Positions 1 to 12,340 of a stretch of 64,000 bases of DNA are shown here, piece after piece. Origin of the DNA: Gammaproteobacteria bacterium (GTDB taxonomy: Bacteria > Pseudomonadota > Gammaproteobacteria > GCA-002705445 > GCA-002716945). Position 1 is the first letter of the stretch; each line of letters opens with the position of its first letter. The notes under the pieces were generated by a model that worked only from the letters and a program-made list of their open reading frames with translations, was not told where the DNA came from and ran no database searches. The stretch covers positions 587,328 through 651,327 of the forward strand of contig JAYQJW010000002.1 in NCBI GenBank assembly GCA_038142325.1, read 5' to 3'. A program made the position numbers and the translations under genes.

Positions 1-266
1 TTTTTCCAAAGTATTATATCTTTGGTGGAGTTATAGGTATAACTTCTATCGTTTATTTACTAATCACACCTATTTCTGGGCTTTTGTTAAGCATGGTAAT
101 TGCAATGACACTTTTAACCATCTTTGGCAAAATGCTAATACCTGTTATCAATAATGCAAGAGATTCAGGAAACGAAAATAGTTTTAAAAGGTATCATTTA
201 TTGAGTGTTATGATGAATGTTGTAACTCTTATTTTAGGTATAGTGGTTTTAGGTATGCATATATAA
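1..266 (+). CDS. DUF4149-like membrane protein (5' truncated by window)
   Basis: Frame is open from position 3 (FPKYYIFGG...), with hydrophobic segments and a C-terminal PVINNARD...FKRYHLLSVMMN pattern typical of DUF4149. Confidence 0.65.
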   Translation, partial: FPKYYIFGGVIGITSIVYLLITPISGLLLSMVIAMTLLTIFGKMLIPVINNARDSGNENSFKRYHLLSVMMNVVTLILGIVVLGMHI

Positions 267-1121
267 ATGATATATAAAACAATAATATCTGCAGATGAAT
301 TAAGAAAAAATATTGATAATAAAGATTTCATAATTTTCGATTCTAGATGTGACATTAAAGATCAAGGATACGGAATAGACTCTTATACAGAAGGGCATAT
401 ACCAAATTCTATTTTTGTCGATATAGACAACGATTTAGCGAGCGAAAAACAACCTGGAACTGGCAGACATCCGCTACCGGATGTAGATAAGTTTTGCGAG
501 AAATTATCTCATTGGGGTATGAGCAACAATAAGCAGGTTGTTATATATGACGATGCAGGAGGTGCTTTTGCGGGCCGTATGTGGTGGATGATGAAATGGT
601 TAGGGCATGACTTAGTTGCAGTATTAGATGGCGGAGTAAATTCTTGGGTGAAAGAGGGTAATAAACTGGTAACATCACCGACTATTTTTGAAAAATCATA
701 TTTTGAGCCAAATGTTCGAAACGATATGATTGCCCAGGTGAGCGATGTTGAAGAAGCACAATTTAAAATGAACACTATACTTTTAGATGCAAGGTCTAAG
801 GAAAGATATGATGGTCTAAATGACCCCGTTGATCCTGTTGCTGGACACGTTCCAGGGGCTATCTCTCACCCATTAGGTAATAATTTGAATAGAACGTCTA
901 AATTTCGCTCGAAAGAAGAGCTTATACATAACTTTGGTAAAATATCTCAAGAATTAAATACAAAAGAGATTATTTCTATGTGCGGATCGGGCATTACTGC
1001 ATGTCATAATATACTTGCACTTGAGATATCAGGTATTAAAAACGTTAAACTTTATGTAGGCTCTTGGAGTGAATGGATTACAGATCCAAATAGACCTATA
1101 GTCACTATCAAGCCTAGTTAA
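267..1121 (+). CDS. sseA: 3-mercaptopyruvate sulfurtransferase (tandem rhodanese)
   Basis: GHIP, GRHPLP, GHVPGA, active-site CGSGITAC and YVGSWSEW motifs. Confidence 0.88.
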   Translation: MIYKTIISADELRKNIDNKDFIIFDSRCDIKDQGYGIDSYTEGHIPNSIFVDIDNDLASEKQPGTGRHPLPDVDKFCEKLSHWGMSNNKQVVIYDDAGGAFAGRMWWMMKWLGHDLVAVLDGGVNSWVKEGNKLVTSPTIFEKSYFEPNVRNDMIAQVSDVEEAQFKMNTILLDARSKERYDGLNDPVDPVAGHVPGAISHPLGNNLNRTSKFRSKEELIHNFGKISQELNTKEIISMCGSGITACHNILALEISGIKNVKLYVGSWSEWITDPNRPIVTIKPS

Positions 1122-2320
1122 TTTTTTTATATTTTCTAGAAATATAGCTATCGATAATTGCAATAAACTGCTCTTTGATGTTGTCGCCTCTTAGGGTAGT
1201 AATTTTATTTCCATCCTCATAGACAGGTGCGCTAGGTGATTCGTTCGTTCCTGGTAGACTGATCCCAATATTTGCATGTTTTGATTCACCCGGTCCATTT
1301 ACAATACAACCCATGACGGCAATATTTATATTTTCAACATCTTTATACTTAGATTTCCAATCTATCATGTTGTTTTCTATATGATTATTTATATCTTTTG
1401 TGAGTTTTATAAAATAATTACTTGAAGTTCTTCCACAACCAGGGCAGGAAACTACTTTAGGTTTAAACTGTTTTAATTCTAAGCTTGATAAGATGTTTTT
1501 ACATACCTCTACCTCTTTAGTTCTAATTCCCATTTTATCTGGAGTAAGAGATACTCTTATTGTGTCTCCAATACCTTGATTTATGAGAATAGATAAAGCA
1601 GAGACTGAAGATATGATAGCTTCATCTCCCATACCTGCTTCAGTTAATCCTAAATGAAGAGGATATTTTACACTCTTGTGCGATCCTAGTGTATACATCA
1701 ACTAATTGCCTAACAGACGATACTTTACAAGATAGGATTATCTGATCACTTGGCAAACCTATTTCTTCAGCAAGACGTGCAGATTTTAAAACTGAGTCAA
1801 TTAAGCCTGATTTTATAATTTCCTCATAATTTTCACTTTTTTCACCTGATACTACAGTGTTTTCGAGATAAGCTTTGCTTAAGCTTCCCCAGTTACCACC
1901 AATCCTTACTGGTTTTTTGTTATCGATTGCTATTTGGATAATTTGTCTAAAATTGTCATCGCTCTTGGAATTACTAACATTACCTGGGTTAATGCGATAT
2001 TTATCTAGTGCTGCAGCAGTTTCACTATATTTACTTAGCAGTGTGTGCCCATTATAGTGAAAGTCACCTATTAGAGGAATATTATAATTAGATTTAAGCA
2101 ATAAATCCCTGATTTTTATGATATTTTCTGCACTTTTTTCATTGTTTACCGTTACACGCACAAGCTCAGAACCATTGTCGTACAATTCCATAATCTGATC
2201 AGCTGTTGCTTTGCTGTCTTCGGTCAATGTATTCGTCATGGATTGAATTCTTATAGGGTGTAAAGATCCAATCTCAACACCACCTACCTTGACGCTATAT
2301 GTTTCTCTTCTGTTTATCAT
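1114..2320 (-). CDS. ispG: (E)-4-hydroxy-3-methylbut-2-enyl-diphosphate synthase; frameshift near 1660
   Basis: IQSMTNT, RINPGN, YPLHLGLTEAG, SCPGCGRT and MGCIVNGPGES across two overlapping ORFs. Confidence 0.95.
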
Positions 2321-2347
2321 TAATGGTATTATAAATAATAGTTAGCT

Positions 2348-3340
2348 ATGTTAACAGAAAGAGAAAATTTAATAATCGAACATCTCGTTAAGGACTTTAT
2401 ATCCGCAGGCAAGCCGGTAAGCTCTGAAAGGTTATTAGAAAATTCGAAACTTGATTGTAGTGCAGCTACAATAAGAAAGGATCTTAATAATCTTGAATCA
2501 CAGGGTTTTATTGAATCTGCGCACACATCCTCTGGAAGAATACCAACTGTTCAAGGCTACAGGCACTACATAGATCATAATTTAAAAAGAAAACCCCTGT
2601 CTATAGCGGAGCAAAATTCAATTAAAAATCTTATTAAGTCTAATCTCAATGAAAAGTTAATTATCTCATCAACAAGTGAGTATATTTCTGAGCTATCTGA
2701 CTTTGCAGCAGTAATTGGCTTATTTAAAGATCATAAGAAAATATTTAATAAACTGGAGATTCATAAATTGTCTTCAACTAAAGCTCTTGCTGTAGTTTTA
2801 ATGGAAAACGATTATATTGATAATAAAATCATAGATATAAGCAATACATCTATAACTAAATTGAAATCATGCGTAAGTTATTTAAATGATAATTTTCCTG
2901 GAGTTGAGCTTGATAAAATACCATCTATTCTAACTCAAGGCCTTGATAACATTCGCGATGAAATAAACACTGCATTAAAGGTTTTAAACAATTTCATTTA
3001 CGTGCAATCTGATGATTTTGTAATGACTGGTCAAAAAAAACTTGTTGATTCATCAGAATTTTACTCTATCAAAAAAGTAAAAAATCTTATCGAATTATTC
3101 GAGAAAAAACAGATACTTAAAGATTTAATGTTAAAGTGTATTAAGAATGAAAGTATACAAATATATATTGGTGATGAAGCCGGTTCAGAGCTTTTAACTG
3201 ACTGTAGTTTGATTACTGCACCATATAGAAAAAATAAAGAAACGCTGGGTGTACTTGGAGTAGTAGGCCCAAAAAGAATGAATTATGAAAGAATAGTGGA
3301 GATTGTGGATTTTACTGCTAAAATATTTTCCAAAAATTAA
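2348..3340 (+). CDS. hrcA: Heat-inducible transcription repressor HrcA
   Basis: SAATIRKDL, HTSSGRIPT and GVVGPKRMNY; lies upstream of grpE-dnaK. Confidence 0.95.
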   Translation: MLTERENLIIEHLVKDFISAGKPVSSERLLENSKLDCSAATIRKDLNNLESQGFIESAHTSSGRIPTVQGYRHYIDHNLKRKPLSIAEQNSIKNLIKSNLNEKLIISSTSEYISELSDFAAVIGLFKDHKKIFNKLEIHKLSSTKALAVVLMENDYIDNKIIDISNTSITKLKSCVSYLNDNFPGVELDKIPSILTQGLDNIRDEINTALKVLNNFIYVQSDDFVMTGQKKLVDSSEFYSIKKVKNLIELFEKKQILKDLMLKCIKNESIQIYIGDEAGSELLTDCSLITAPYRKNKETLGVLGVVGPKRMNYERIVEIVDFTAKIFSKN

Positions 3341-3349
3341 CTTGAACAT

Positions 3350-3889
3350 ATGACAGAAGAAGAAATTTCCGAAAAGAAAAGGGATAATCAAAATCAGAAG
3401 GCGTCTAACACCGCCGCAGACAATAGCTCTGAACAACAAATTGAAGAAAAATCATGGGAAGAGAAGTACAACGAAACCTATGATGCTCTACTTAGAGCTA
3501 AAGCTGAAGTGGAGAATATCAAAAAAAGATCCGAAAAAGAGATAAGTAGCGCTTATAAATTCAGTACAGAGAATATCTTTTTAGAGTTGATACCAATATT
3601 TGAGTCTCTTGATATAGCTATTTCACAAGATGATTCTAAAATTACTAAAGAAAATCTCAATGAAGGTAATAAATTATTAAAAAGTATGTTTGATTCGTTG
3701 TTTGAAAAGAATTCTGTTCATGTAATCAACCCATTAAACGATAAATTTGATCCTAATCTGCATCAAGCTATCAAAACAGTCAAAGATGAGCAAAAAGAAA
3801 ATAACACTGTTCAAGAAGTTCTTCAAAAAGGTTACAAGTTAGTAGACAGAGTCATAAAACCTGCCTTAGTGGTCGTAATCAAGAATTAA
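3350..3889 (+). CDS. grpE: Nucleotide exchange factor GrpE
   Basis: RAKAEVEN, FDPNLHQA and QKGYKL..RVIKPALV. Confidence 0.95.
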   Translation: MTEEEISEKKRDNQNQKASNTAADNSSEQQIEEKSWEEKYNETYDALLRAKAEVENIKKRSEKEISSAYKFSTENIFLELIPIFESLDIAISQDDSKITKENLNEGNKLLKSMFDSLFEKNSVHVINPLNDKFDPNLHQAIKTVKDEQKENNTVQEVLQKGYKLVDRVIKPALVVVIKN

Positions 3890-3893
3890 TTTA

Positions 3894-3921
3894 CTTGAAA
3901 TATACACATTCGTACCCATAT
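3894..3921 (+). promoter_or_regulatory. Sigma-32 (RpoH)-type promoter of dnaK
   Basis: CTTGAAA-N14-CCCATAT about 30 nt upstream of the dnaK start; matches the RpoH consensus. Confidence 0.75.
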
Positions 3922-3952
3922 TGCACATGTATAAATTACTTAGGAGATTATA

Positions 3953-5893
3953 GTGGCAATCATTGGTATAGATTTAGGTACAACTAATTCATGCGTATCC
4001 ATTATGGATGGCGATAAATCTAAAGTGATAGAAAATAGCGAGGGCGACAGAACTACACCTTCATACGTTGCTTTTACTGATGATAATGAAACTTTGGTAG
4101 GCCAGTCTGCTAAAAGACAAGCTGTTACAAATCCAACTAATACACTCTATGCGATTAAGCGTTTAATTGGCAGGAAGTTTGATGAGGATGCTGTCCAAAA
4201 AGATATCAAATTAGTGCCATATTCAATCGTCAAAAATACAAATGATGATGCCTGGGTAGAAGTCAACGGTAAAAAAATGGCTCCACCTGAAGTTTCTGCA
4301 AAAATTCTCATGAAAATGAAACAAACTGCAGAAGATTATCTAGGCTCTGAAGTTAAAGAAGCAGTTATAACTGTTCCTGCTTATTTTAATGATTCACAAA
4401 GACAAGCAACAAAAGACGCAGGCAAGATTGCAGGTCTTGATGTTAAGAGAATAATCAACGAGCCAACAGCAGCTGCTCTTGCATACGGACTCGATAAAGC
4501 ATCTAATGAAAAGAAAGTTGTGGTTTATGATCTAGGCGGAGGTACGTTTGATGTATCTATAATTGAGATGACAAAGATCGATGGCGAACAACAATTTGAA
4601 GTTCTTTCAACCAGTGGCGATACATTTCTGGGTGGAGAGGATTTTGATCTTAGATTGATTGATTACCTAGTTGATGAATTTAAAAAAGACCAAGGTATAG
4701 ATTTAAGACAAGATCCATTAGCTGTTCAAAGATTGAAAGAGGCAGCTGAGAAAGCAAAAATTGAATTATCATCAAGTACACAAACAGATATCAATCTTCC
4801 TTATGTGACAGCTGATGCATCAGGTCCTAAACATATGAACTTAAAACTAAGTAGGGCAAAATTGGAATCTTTAGTTGACGATCTTGTTCAAAAAACACTC
4901 GAACCATGTAAAACAGCACTAAAAGATGCCGGAATATCTGTAAGTGAAATCGGAGAAGTTATTTTAGTCGGTGGACAGACTCGTATGCCTAAAGTACAAG
5001 AGACCGTTAAAGACTTTTTTAACAGAGAGCCAAAAAAAGATGTTAACCCTGATGAGGCAGTTGCCATGGGAGCTGCTATTCAAGCTGGAGTTTTAGGCGG
5101 TGATGTAAAAGATGTACTGCTACTTGATGTGACACCTTTAACTTTGGGTATTGAGACTATGGGTGGAGTAAGAACACCTCTCATAGATAAAAACACAACA
5201 ATTCCTACTAAAAAATCACAAGTTTTTTCAACTGCTGAAGATAATCAACCTGCAGTTACAGTACACGTACTCCAAGGTGAGAGAGAAGTTGCATCAGGTA
5301 ACAAATCTCTGGGAAAATTTGATTTGTCCGATATTCCTCCCGCGCCAAGAGGTACCCCTCAAATTGAAGTAACTTTTGATATCGATGCAAACGGAATACT
5401 TAATGTTTCTGCAAAAGATAAAGCTACTGGAAAAGAGCAATCGATAATAATTAAAGCTTCAAGCGGATTAAGCGAAGAAGAAATTAATAATATGGTTAAA
5501 GATGCTGAAAAACATGCAGAAGAAGATAAAAAAGTTAAAGAACTTGTTGATGCTAAAAATCAAGCTGAAGCTATGATCAATGGATCTGAAAAAGCGATTA
5601 AAGATCTTGGTGATAAAGCAGACAAAGCTGATGTTGAGGCAACAAATAAAGCAATTGAAGACCTAAAAGAAGCTATCAAAACAGATGAAATTGATAAAAT
5701 AAAAGATCTTACAATGAAGCTTACAGAGGTAGCTGGAAAAATTGCTCAACAAGCTTATCAAGAGCAAGCTCAAGCTGGTCAAGCTGATGCAACAGACGGT
5801 AAATCTGAAGCAGGTGGAAATAAAGATGCGGTTGATGCAGAGTTCACAGAAGTAGACGATAATAAAGACGAACCTAAAGAAAATACTAAGTAA
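3953..5893 (+). CDS. dnaK: Chaperone DnaK (Hsp70)
   Basis: [17 protein letters not shown] and DLGGGTFD; GTG start with AGGAG RBS. Confidence 0.99.
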   Translation: MAIIGIDLGTTNSCVSIMDGDKSKVIENSEGDRTTPSYVAFTDDNETLVGQSAKRQAVTNPTNTLYAIKRLIGRKFDEDAVQKDIKLVPYSIVKNTNDDAWVEVNGKKMAPPEVSAKILMKMKQTAEDYLGSEVKEAVITVPAYFNDSQRQATKDAGKIAGLDVKRIINEPTAAALAYGLDKASNEKKVVVYDLGGGTFDVSIIEMTKIDGEQQFEVLSTSGDTFLGGEDFDLRLIDYLVDEFKKDQGIDLRQDPLAVQRLKEAAEKAKIELSSSTQTDINLPYVTADASGPKHMNLKLSRAKLESLVDDLVQKTLEPCKTALKDAGISVSEIGEVILVGGQTRMPKVQETVKDFFNREPKKDVNPDEAVAMGAAIQAGVLGGDVKDVLLLDVTPLTLGIETMGGVRTPLIDKNTTIPTKKSQVFSTAEDNQPAVTVHVLQGEREVASGNKSLGKFDLSDIPPAPRGTPQIEVTFDIDANGILNVSAKDKATGKEQSIIIKASSGLSEEEINNMVKDAEKHAEEDKKVKELVDAKNQAEAMINGSEKAIKDLGDKADKADVEATNKAIEDLKEAIKTDEIDKIKDLTMKLTEVAGKIAQQAYQEQAQAGQADATDGKSEAGGNKDAVDAEFTEVDDNKDEPKENTK

Positions 5894-7011
5894 TGGCCAA
5901 AGCCGATTACTATACTTTGCTTGGCGTTTCTCGAGACGCATCTGATCAAGATCTCAAAAGAGCCTATAAGAAATTAGCAATGAAATATCATCCTGACAGA
6001 AATCAGGGCGATAAAGATGCTGAAAAAAAATTCAAAGAAGTCTCTGAAGCATATGAGGTTTTATCTGATCAAAGTAAAAGGCAAGCATATGACCAGTTTG
6101 GCCATGATGGATTAGATCAACGCTTTGGCCAAGGCGGAGGTTTTCAAGGCGGGTCCTTTAACGATATTTTCGGTGATGTCTTTGGTGATATTTTTGGAGG
6201 AGGATCAAGATCACAAAATAGAGCAAGAAGAGGCTCTGATTTAGAATACAGAATAGAAATTTCTTTAGAAGATGCTATCAAAGGTAAAGAAATAAAAATA
6301 AGTGTCCCACGACGTGTGAGCTGTAAGTCGTGTAATGGTAATGGCGCAAAAAATGGTACTGCGCTGAAGACATGTAATCATTGTAATGGCCAAGGGCAAG
6401 TTAGAGTAAGCCAAGGATTTTTTTCAGTTCAACAAACATGTCCTGTATGCAAAGGTAGAGGACAGATAATAGAAGAAAACTGTCCAGATTGTAGCGGATC
6501 TGGCTTTATACAAGAAACTAAAAAATTAGCTGTCAAAATTCCAGCTGGTGTAGATAATGGAGACCAAATCAGACTATCTGGGGAAGGTGAAGGCGGACCA
6601 AATAATGGAGTCTCAGGAGATCTGTTTGTATCTGTTAGCGTTAAACCTCATAAATTTTTCCAAAGAGATGGAGATGATATATTATGCGAAGTTCCTATCA
6701 GTTTTACATCTGCTACACTCGGAGATAAAATTGTCCTTCCTACACTTGAAGGTAAAGTCGAGTTAACTGTTCCCGCTGGAACTCAAAGTGGTCGCGCATT
6801 CAGAATAAAAAATAAAGGTGTTAAATCAGTAAGATCGTCATATAAAGGAGATTTATATTGTAAAGTAAATATAGAAACACCTGTTAATTTAACTAAAGAA
6901 CAAAAAGAACTATTAAATAAACTTGACGAATCTTTTTCTAAAAGTAAATCTAAGCATAGGCCAAATGAAAAATCATGGCTCGATGGAATTAAAGAATTTT
7001 TTGACAAATGA
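5893..7011 (+). CDS. dnaJ: Chaperone DnaJ
   Basis: HPD J-domain, G/F region and four CxxCxGxG repeats. Confidence 0.99.
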   Translation: MAKADYYTLLGVSRDASDQDLKRAYKKLAMKYHPDRNQGDKDAEKKFKEVSEAYEVLSDQSKRQAYDQFGHDGLDQRFGQGGGFQGGSFNDIFGDVFGDIFGGGSRSQNRARRGSDLEYRIEISLEDAIKGKEIKISVPRRVSCKSCNGNGAKNGTALKTCNHCNGQGQVRVSQGFFSVQQTCPVCKGRGQIIEENCPDCSGSGFIQETKKLAVKIPAGVDNGDQIRLSGEGEGGPNNGVSGDLFVSVSVKPHKFFQRDGDDILCEVPISFTSATLGDKIVLPTLEGKVELTVPAGTQSGRAFRIKNKGVKSVRSSYKGDLYCKVNIETPVNLTKEQKELLNKLDESFSKSKSKHRPNEKSWLDGIKEFFDK

Positions 7012-7730
7012 ATAATAGCAAGATAGCAATCAATGGTTTTTATGGGAGAATGGGTCAAGCGATTTTTAATTTATCTCTAGAGAATAAATTTATAGTATCT
7101 GTAGGTATAGATAAGAAAGATAAACTTGAGACTATCGAAGGTTTAAAATTATCAGAATCTTTAACTGAACTTAAAGAATTCTATGATGTTGTGATAGATT
7201 TTTCACTGCCCGAACCTTCTGTTAAAGCGGTGAAAGAATGTGAGTCTCTAGGCAAACCTATGACTATAGGAACGACTGGATTCACTGACGAACAAAAAAA
7301 GATAATTGCTGACGCTAGCAAAAATATTCCTATTTTACTTGCACCAAACATGAGTAAGGGCGTCAATGCATCCCTACAAAGCATTTCAGATTTATCTCGC
7401 CTGTTATCAGATTATGAGGTGAGCATTGAAGAAACACATCATAAAAATAAAGTTGATTCACCATCCGGCACTGCTTTAAAAATTGCTGAAGTTGTGGCAG
7501 ATGCTAAAAATCTCGAAAAGTCTGATATAAATATAACCTCTTATAGAGAAGAGGGAGAAATTGGTGTTCATAAAACTGTTTTTAAATCCGATGATGATGA
7601 AATTATAATTTATCATAATGCATTCAATAGAAAGATATTTGCAAAAGGCGCTCTAGAAACCTCTCAATGGATTGCTAAACAAAAACCCGGTCTTTATACG
7701 TATAAAAATTTTATGGAGGATATTACGTGA
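7008..7730 (+). CDS. dapB: 4-hydroxy-tetrahydrodipicolinate reductase
   Basis: GRMG, IGTTG and [15 protein letters not shown]. Confidence 0.96.
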   Translation: MNNSKIAINGFYGRMGQAIFNLSLENKFIVSVGIDKKDKLETIEGLKLSESLTELKEFYDVVIDFSLPEPSVKAVKECESLGKPMTIGTTGFTDEQKKIIADASKNIPILLAPNMSKGVNASLQSISDLSRLLSDYEVSIEETHHKNKVDSPSGTALKIAEVVADAKNLEKSDINITSYREEGEIGVHKTVFKSDDDEIIIYHNAFNRKIFAKGALETSQWIAKQKPGLYTYKNFMEDIT

Positions 7731-8653
7731 ATTTAGCATTAGCATTCCCTGGGCAAGGCTCTCAGTCAAAAAATATGCTCTCAGACTTTATTGGTGATAC
7801 TGATTTTAAAGAAATTATATCTCAAGCATCTGATATCCTTGGCTATGACATAGAAAAAATTGTAGAAGATGAGGAAAAAATCAACAACACAATTTATACA
7901 CAGCCAGTTATGCTTGCCACATCATATGCCATGTGGGTATTAATGAAAAAATATTTAAATCTAAAAATATGTATCGGTGCTGGACACAGTCTCGGAGAAT
8001 ATTCTGCGCTGGTTGCAAATGATTCAATATCATTTAAAGACGGTTTATCGATAGTAAAAAAACGTGCTGAACTAATGTCAAATGCAATGCGTGGCATCGA
8101 TGGAGCAATGGCAGCTATTATTGGATTAAGCGGTAATGAAGTTGATGAGATATGTAAACAGCTTTCTAATCAAGATTCAATTATTGAAGCTGTTAACTTT
8201 AATTGTCCTGGGCAAACAGTTATTGCTGGCCATTCTAAAGCTATTGATGATGCAACTCAAAAGCTCAAAGACGCTGGTGCAAAAATTGTTAAAAAACTTC
8301 CTGTCTCACTTGCAGCACATACATCGTTACTTAGACCTGTTGCAGATGAGCTGAAAGATGAATTAAGTAAAATAAATATAAATTTAACTACATCTTTTGA
8401 TGTAGTTCATAATTATGACTTATCAGTGTCTGAAAATATTGAATGTCGAGTAAATGCATTATCCATGCAAGTTTGTTCGCCAGTTAGATGGATTGAGACA
8501 CTAGAATTATTTAACAAAAAGAATGTCACCGATATCATTGAGGTAGGCTCGGGTAATGTTCTTTCAGGTCTTGTTAAAAGATTTGATAAATCAATTAATA
8601 TGCATTCAATTAATAATATTGAAGATATCAATATTCTCAAGCAAACATTATAA
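7727..8653 (+). CDS. fabD: Malonyl-CoA:ACP transacylase
   Basis: FPGQGSQ and GHSLGEY. Confidence 0.97.
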   Translation: MNLALAFPGQGSQSKNMLSDFIGDTDFKEIISQASDILGYDIEKIVEDEEKINNTIYTQPVMLATSYAMWVLMKKYLNLKICIGAGHSLGEYSALVANDSISFKDGLSIVKKRAELMSNAMRGIDGAMAAIIGLSGNEVDEICKQLSNQDSIIEAVNFNCPGQTVIAGHSKAIDDATQKLKDAGAKIVKKLPVSLAAHTSLLRPVADELKDELSKININLTTSFDVVHNYDLSVSENIECRVNALSMQVCSPVRWIETLELFNKKNVTDIIEVGSGNVLSGLVKRFDKSINMHSINNIEDINILKQTL

Positions 8654-8659
8654 TAAGCT

Positions 8660-9389
8660 ATGGACAATAAAGTTGTTTTAATAACTGGAGCGAATCGAGG
8701 AATAGGTGAGAGCATTCTCCATAGACTCGATGCAGATGGCTATTTAGTTGTCGGAAGCTCTAGATCCAACGAAGGAGTTGAAAAAATAACTAGTGAAATA
8801 AAGAAGTCTAATGGCAAAGGCATTCAAATGGATGTAACTGATCAGAAATCAATTGATGACGCCATTGATTGTATAAAAAAAGATTTTGGCCCAATTTTCG
8901 GACTGATTAATAATGCAGGAATAACTAATGACAATCTTCTTATGAGAATGTCTGATGAACAATGGTCTTCTGTAATTGATTCGAATTTGAATTCACTCTT
9001 TAGAGTCACAAAATCAATTGTCAAAGATATGATGAAAGCTAGAGTAGGTCGCATTATCAATATAGGGTCAATTGTTGGTATGATGGGAAACGCAGGTCAA
9101 TCTAATTATTCAGCTACAAAATCTGGACTATTAGGTTTTACTAAATCACTTGCGAGAGAATTATCTTCAAGAAACATAAATGTAAATTCTATTTCACCTG
9201 GTTTTATAAATACTGATATGACCAAAGCATTATCTGAGGATCAAATTGATGCTCTTTCGAAAAATATACCGCTTAATAGAATTGCCGAACCATCTGAGAT
9301 TGCAAGTGTTGTATCCTTTTTTATTATCAGATGATTCTTCATACATTACAGGTGAAAATATTAATGTAAATGGCGGCTTATATATGTAA
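8660..9389 (+). CDS. fabG: 3-oxoacyl-ACP reductase; frameshift near 9320
   Basis: TGANRGIG, NNAGIT and NYSATK; C-terminus SYITGENINVNGGLYM* in another frame. Confidence 0.95.
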
Positions 9390-9437
9390 GAATACATATA
9401 ATTTTAATTGAAATTATTTCATGAGGAGAAATCAATA

Positions 9438-9671
9438 ATGAGCAGTATAGAGGAAAGAGTAAAAAATATTATAGTTACTCAACTGGGTGTAAAAGAAGAC
9501 GAAGTTAAAAATGAATCAAAATTTATTGATGATTTAGGGGCTGATTCTCTTGATACTGTAGAACTAGTAATGGCTCTAGAAGAAGAGTTTGAAACTGAAA
9601 TTCCTGATGAGGAAGCTGAAAAAATAACATCTGTTCAAGAAGCAATAGATTATATAAACGCTAATCAATAA
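9438..9671 (+). CDS. acpP: Acyl carrier protein
   Basis: [14 protein letters not shown]; ATG at 9438 follows a GAGGAG RBS. Confidence 0.98.
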   Translation: MSSIEERVKNIIVTQLGVKEDEVKNESKFIDDLGADSLDTVELVMALEEEFETEIPDEEAEKITSVQEAIDYINANQ

Positions 9672-9673
9672 TT

Positions 9674-10918
9674 ATGTCTAAAAAACGTGTCGTAGTAACT
9701 GGCATAGGCTGTCTTACAGCCATTGGTTGTAACAAAAATGACTTCTGGAGCTCTTTGATTGAGGGTAAATCTGGCGCAAAAACAATTGATTTTCTTGACG
9801 CTGAGAATCTACCTGTAAAATTCTCTGCATCTGTTAAAGACTTTGATTCTGAGAAATATTTTGACAGAAAAGATCAAAAGAAAATGGACATATTCATGCA
9901 GTATGGGATGGCTGCTGGCATAGATGCAGTGACTGACTCAAAGCTTCTTGATTGTGATTTCGATGCTAACAGAGTCGGTGTATCAATTGGATCTGGTATT
10001 GGTGGTCTACCTAATATTGAAAATACAAGAGATACATTTAAAAAGAGTGGAGCTAGAAGAATATCTCCATTTTTTGTTCCTGCAAGTATAATCAATATGA
10101 TTTCTGGTAACTTATCAATTAAATATGGTTTTAAAGGCCCTAATTTATCAATTGTAACAGCGTGCACTACCGGCACACACAACATCGGAGAAGGTTTTAG
10201 GCAAATACAATATTCTCATGCAGATGTAATGGTTTGTGGCGGCGCTGAAATGGCAACGTCTGATCTCGGCGTTGGTGGTTTTGCTGCAGCAAGAGCTCTT
10301 TCTACTCGAAATGATTCACCTGAAACAGCAAGTAGGCCATGGGATAAAGATAGAGATGGTTTTGTATTAGGAGATGGTGCGGGCGTATTGGTCCTTGAAG
10401 AATTAGAACATGCTATGAAAAGAGGAGCGCATATATATGCTGAGATTAATGGTTATGGCATGAGTGCAGATGCGTTCCATATGACTTTACCATCAGAAAG
10501 CGGGGAGGGCGCTTCTAGATGTATGTCACTAGCTCTACAAGATGCTGCACTAGACCCTTGTAAAATTGATTATATTAATGCACATGGAACATCTACACCT
10601 GCTGGAGACATATTAGAGCTCAAAGCCATAAAGAAAACCTTTGGTGATCATTCAAAAAATCTAATAATTAACTCTACTAAATCTATGATTGGACACTTAT
10701 TGGGTGCGGCTGGTGGTGTTGAAGCGATTGTGTGCATACTCTCAATAGAAAATAAGAAAATTCATCAAACAATAAATATTGAAAATTTAGATGAAGAATG
10801 TGATTTAAATGTTAATCATATGTCATCAGTTGATTGTGATATTAATTATGCCTTATCAAATTCATTTGGCTTTGGCGGTACAAATGGATCTTTAATATTT
10901 TCTAAATTTAAAGATTAG
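9674..10918 (+). CDS. fabF: Beta-ketoacyl-ACP synthase II
   Basis: TACTTG, NAHGTST and SNSFGFGGTN. Confidence 0.97.
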   Translation: MSKKRVVVTGIGCLTAIGCNKNDFWSSLIEGKSGAKTIDFLDAENLPVKFSASVKDFDSEKYFDRKDQKKMDIFMQYGMAAGIDAVTDSKLLDCDFDANRVGVSIGSGIGGLPNIENTRDTFKKSGARRISPFFVPASIINMISGNLSIKYGFKGPNLSIVTACTTGTHNIGEGFRQIQYSHADVMVCGGAEMATSDLGVGGFAAARALSTRNDSPETASRPWDKDRDGFVLGDGAGVLVLEELEHAMKRGAHIYAEINGYGMSADAFHMTLPSESGEGASRCMSLALQDAALDPCKIDYINAHGTSTPAGDILELKAIKKTFGDHSKNLIINSTKSMIGHLLGAAGGVEAIVCILSIENKKIHQTINIENLDEECDLNVNHMSSVDCDINYALSNSFGFGGTNGSLIFSKFKD

Positions 10919-10924
10919 TATAAT

Positions 10925-11734
10925 TTGCAACCTACTATAATTATAAATCCAAGAACAGTTCCAATCACCGACAGAGCTTTTAATTATGGTGACGGCCTAT
11001 TCGAAACTATTCTAGTTAAAGACGGACAACCAAAATATCTTGCTCAACATATAAAAAGATTACACTTAGGTTGCTCTAAATTAACAATAGTCAAACCAAC
11101 AATAAAAACAATTGAAAATGCAGTTAGAAAATCTATTGGAAGAACTAAAGGTTGTATCATTAAGATAATACTTAGCCGAGGCCTGTCGCATCATGGATAC
11201 TCTTTTGATATCAAAACAAAACCAAGATTATATGTCATCAAAAAAAATAAAAAGAATATTATTAATAATCGCCCAATAACACTTGGTTATTCAAGATATA
11301 CCGTTAGTGATAATTCTTATCTATCAAAAATTAAGCACTTAAATAGAATTGAACAAATTCTTGGACTTACAATGTCTTCTAAATCTCAATTTGATGATTT
11401 CATTTTACTAAATAAGAAAAAATATATCATAGAGACAATCTCCTCTAATATATTTTTCTATAATAATAAAAATAATAATTTGAATTTTTACACTCCTGAT
11501 TTATCTGATTGTGGTGTTGATGGAATAATGAAAAATATAATAATTAAATTCTTAAAAAGGAATAAAATAAAAATTATAGAAAGAAAAATTAAAGAAAATA
11601 CAATAAAAAACTATGATGGAGCTTTTATTTGTAATTCTATAACCGGAATTCGATTTATTAAAAAGATAGATAAATATAATTTTAAATATCCTGATAAAAT
11701 TAAGATGTTATTTCATGAGTTTATCTATGAGTAA
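10925..11734 (+). CDS. pabC: Aminodeoxychorismate lyase (class IV PLP enzyme)
   Basis: DRAFNYGDGLFET and IKHLNR; canonical position after fabF. Confidence 0.88.
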   Translation: MQPTIIINPRTVPITDRAFNYGDGLFETILVKDGQPKYLAQHIKRLHLGCSKLTIVKPTIKTIENAVRKSIGRTKGCIIKIILSRGLSHHGYSFDIKTKPRLYVIKKNKKNIINNRPITLGYSRYTVSDNSYLSKIKHLNRIEQILGLTMSSKSQFDDFILLNKKKYIIETISSNIFFYNNKNNNLNFYTPDLSDCGVDGIMKNIIIKFLKRNKIKIIERKIKENTIKNYDGAFICNSITGIRFIKKIDKYNFKYPDKIKMLFHEFIYE

Positions 11735-12340
11735 ATTTATAGTTATAGAAGGTAGTGAAGGAGTCGGCAAATCCTCACAAATACAGACTATACAAACATA
11801 CTTGGAAGAACGAAAAATAAAGTATGTGCTTACCCGTGAACCTGGAGGTACTGAATTAGGAGAATCAATAAGGTCAATCATATTAGATGAAAAAAATAAT
11901 ACAGATGATATTTCAGATTCTTTATTATTCTATGCAGCAAGGTACGAGAATTTAAAAAAAATAATTATCCCAGCATTAGAAAGAGGCTAGCGTAGTAATC
12001 TCCGACAGATTTCATTACTCAACTCTAGTATATCAAGGTATAGTTGGTAACAACAAAATTGTAGAAAAGATACATTTTGCTTTTGATGAAATATTTTCAA
12101 ATATAATCAATCATGTTATTTATTTTTATACAACACCAGAAATAAGTTTTGAAAGAATCTCTAAAAGAAGTAAGACAGATAAATTCGAGAGTAGAGGCAT
12201 AGAATATTTAAAAGATATATTACAAGGATATGAATCAGTATTCTCTGACATAGATAATGTTATTAAAATTGATACTTCAATGATAAAAATATCACTAAGA
12301 AAAATTTAATTTCACATTTGGATAAAATATTTTCATGATT
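11727..12340 (+). CDS. tmk: Thymidylate kinase; frameshifts near 11990 and near the 3' end (end approximate)
   Basis: FIVIEGSEGVGKS and TREPGGT; VISDRFHYSTLVYQG continues in another frame. Confidence 0.92.
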
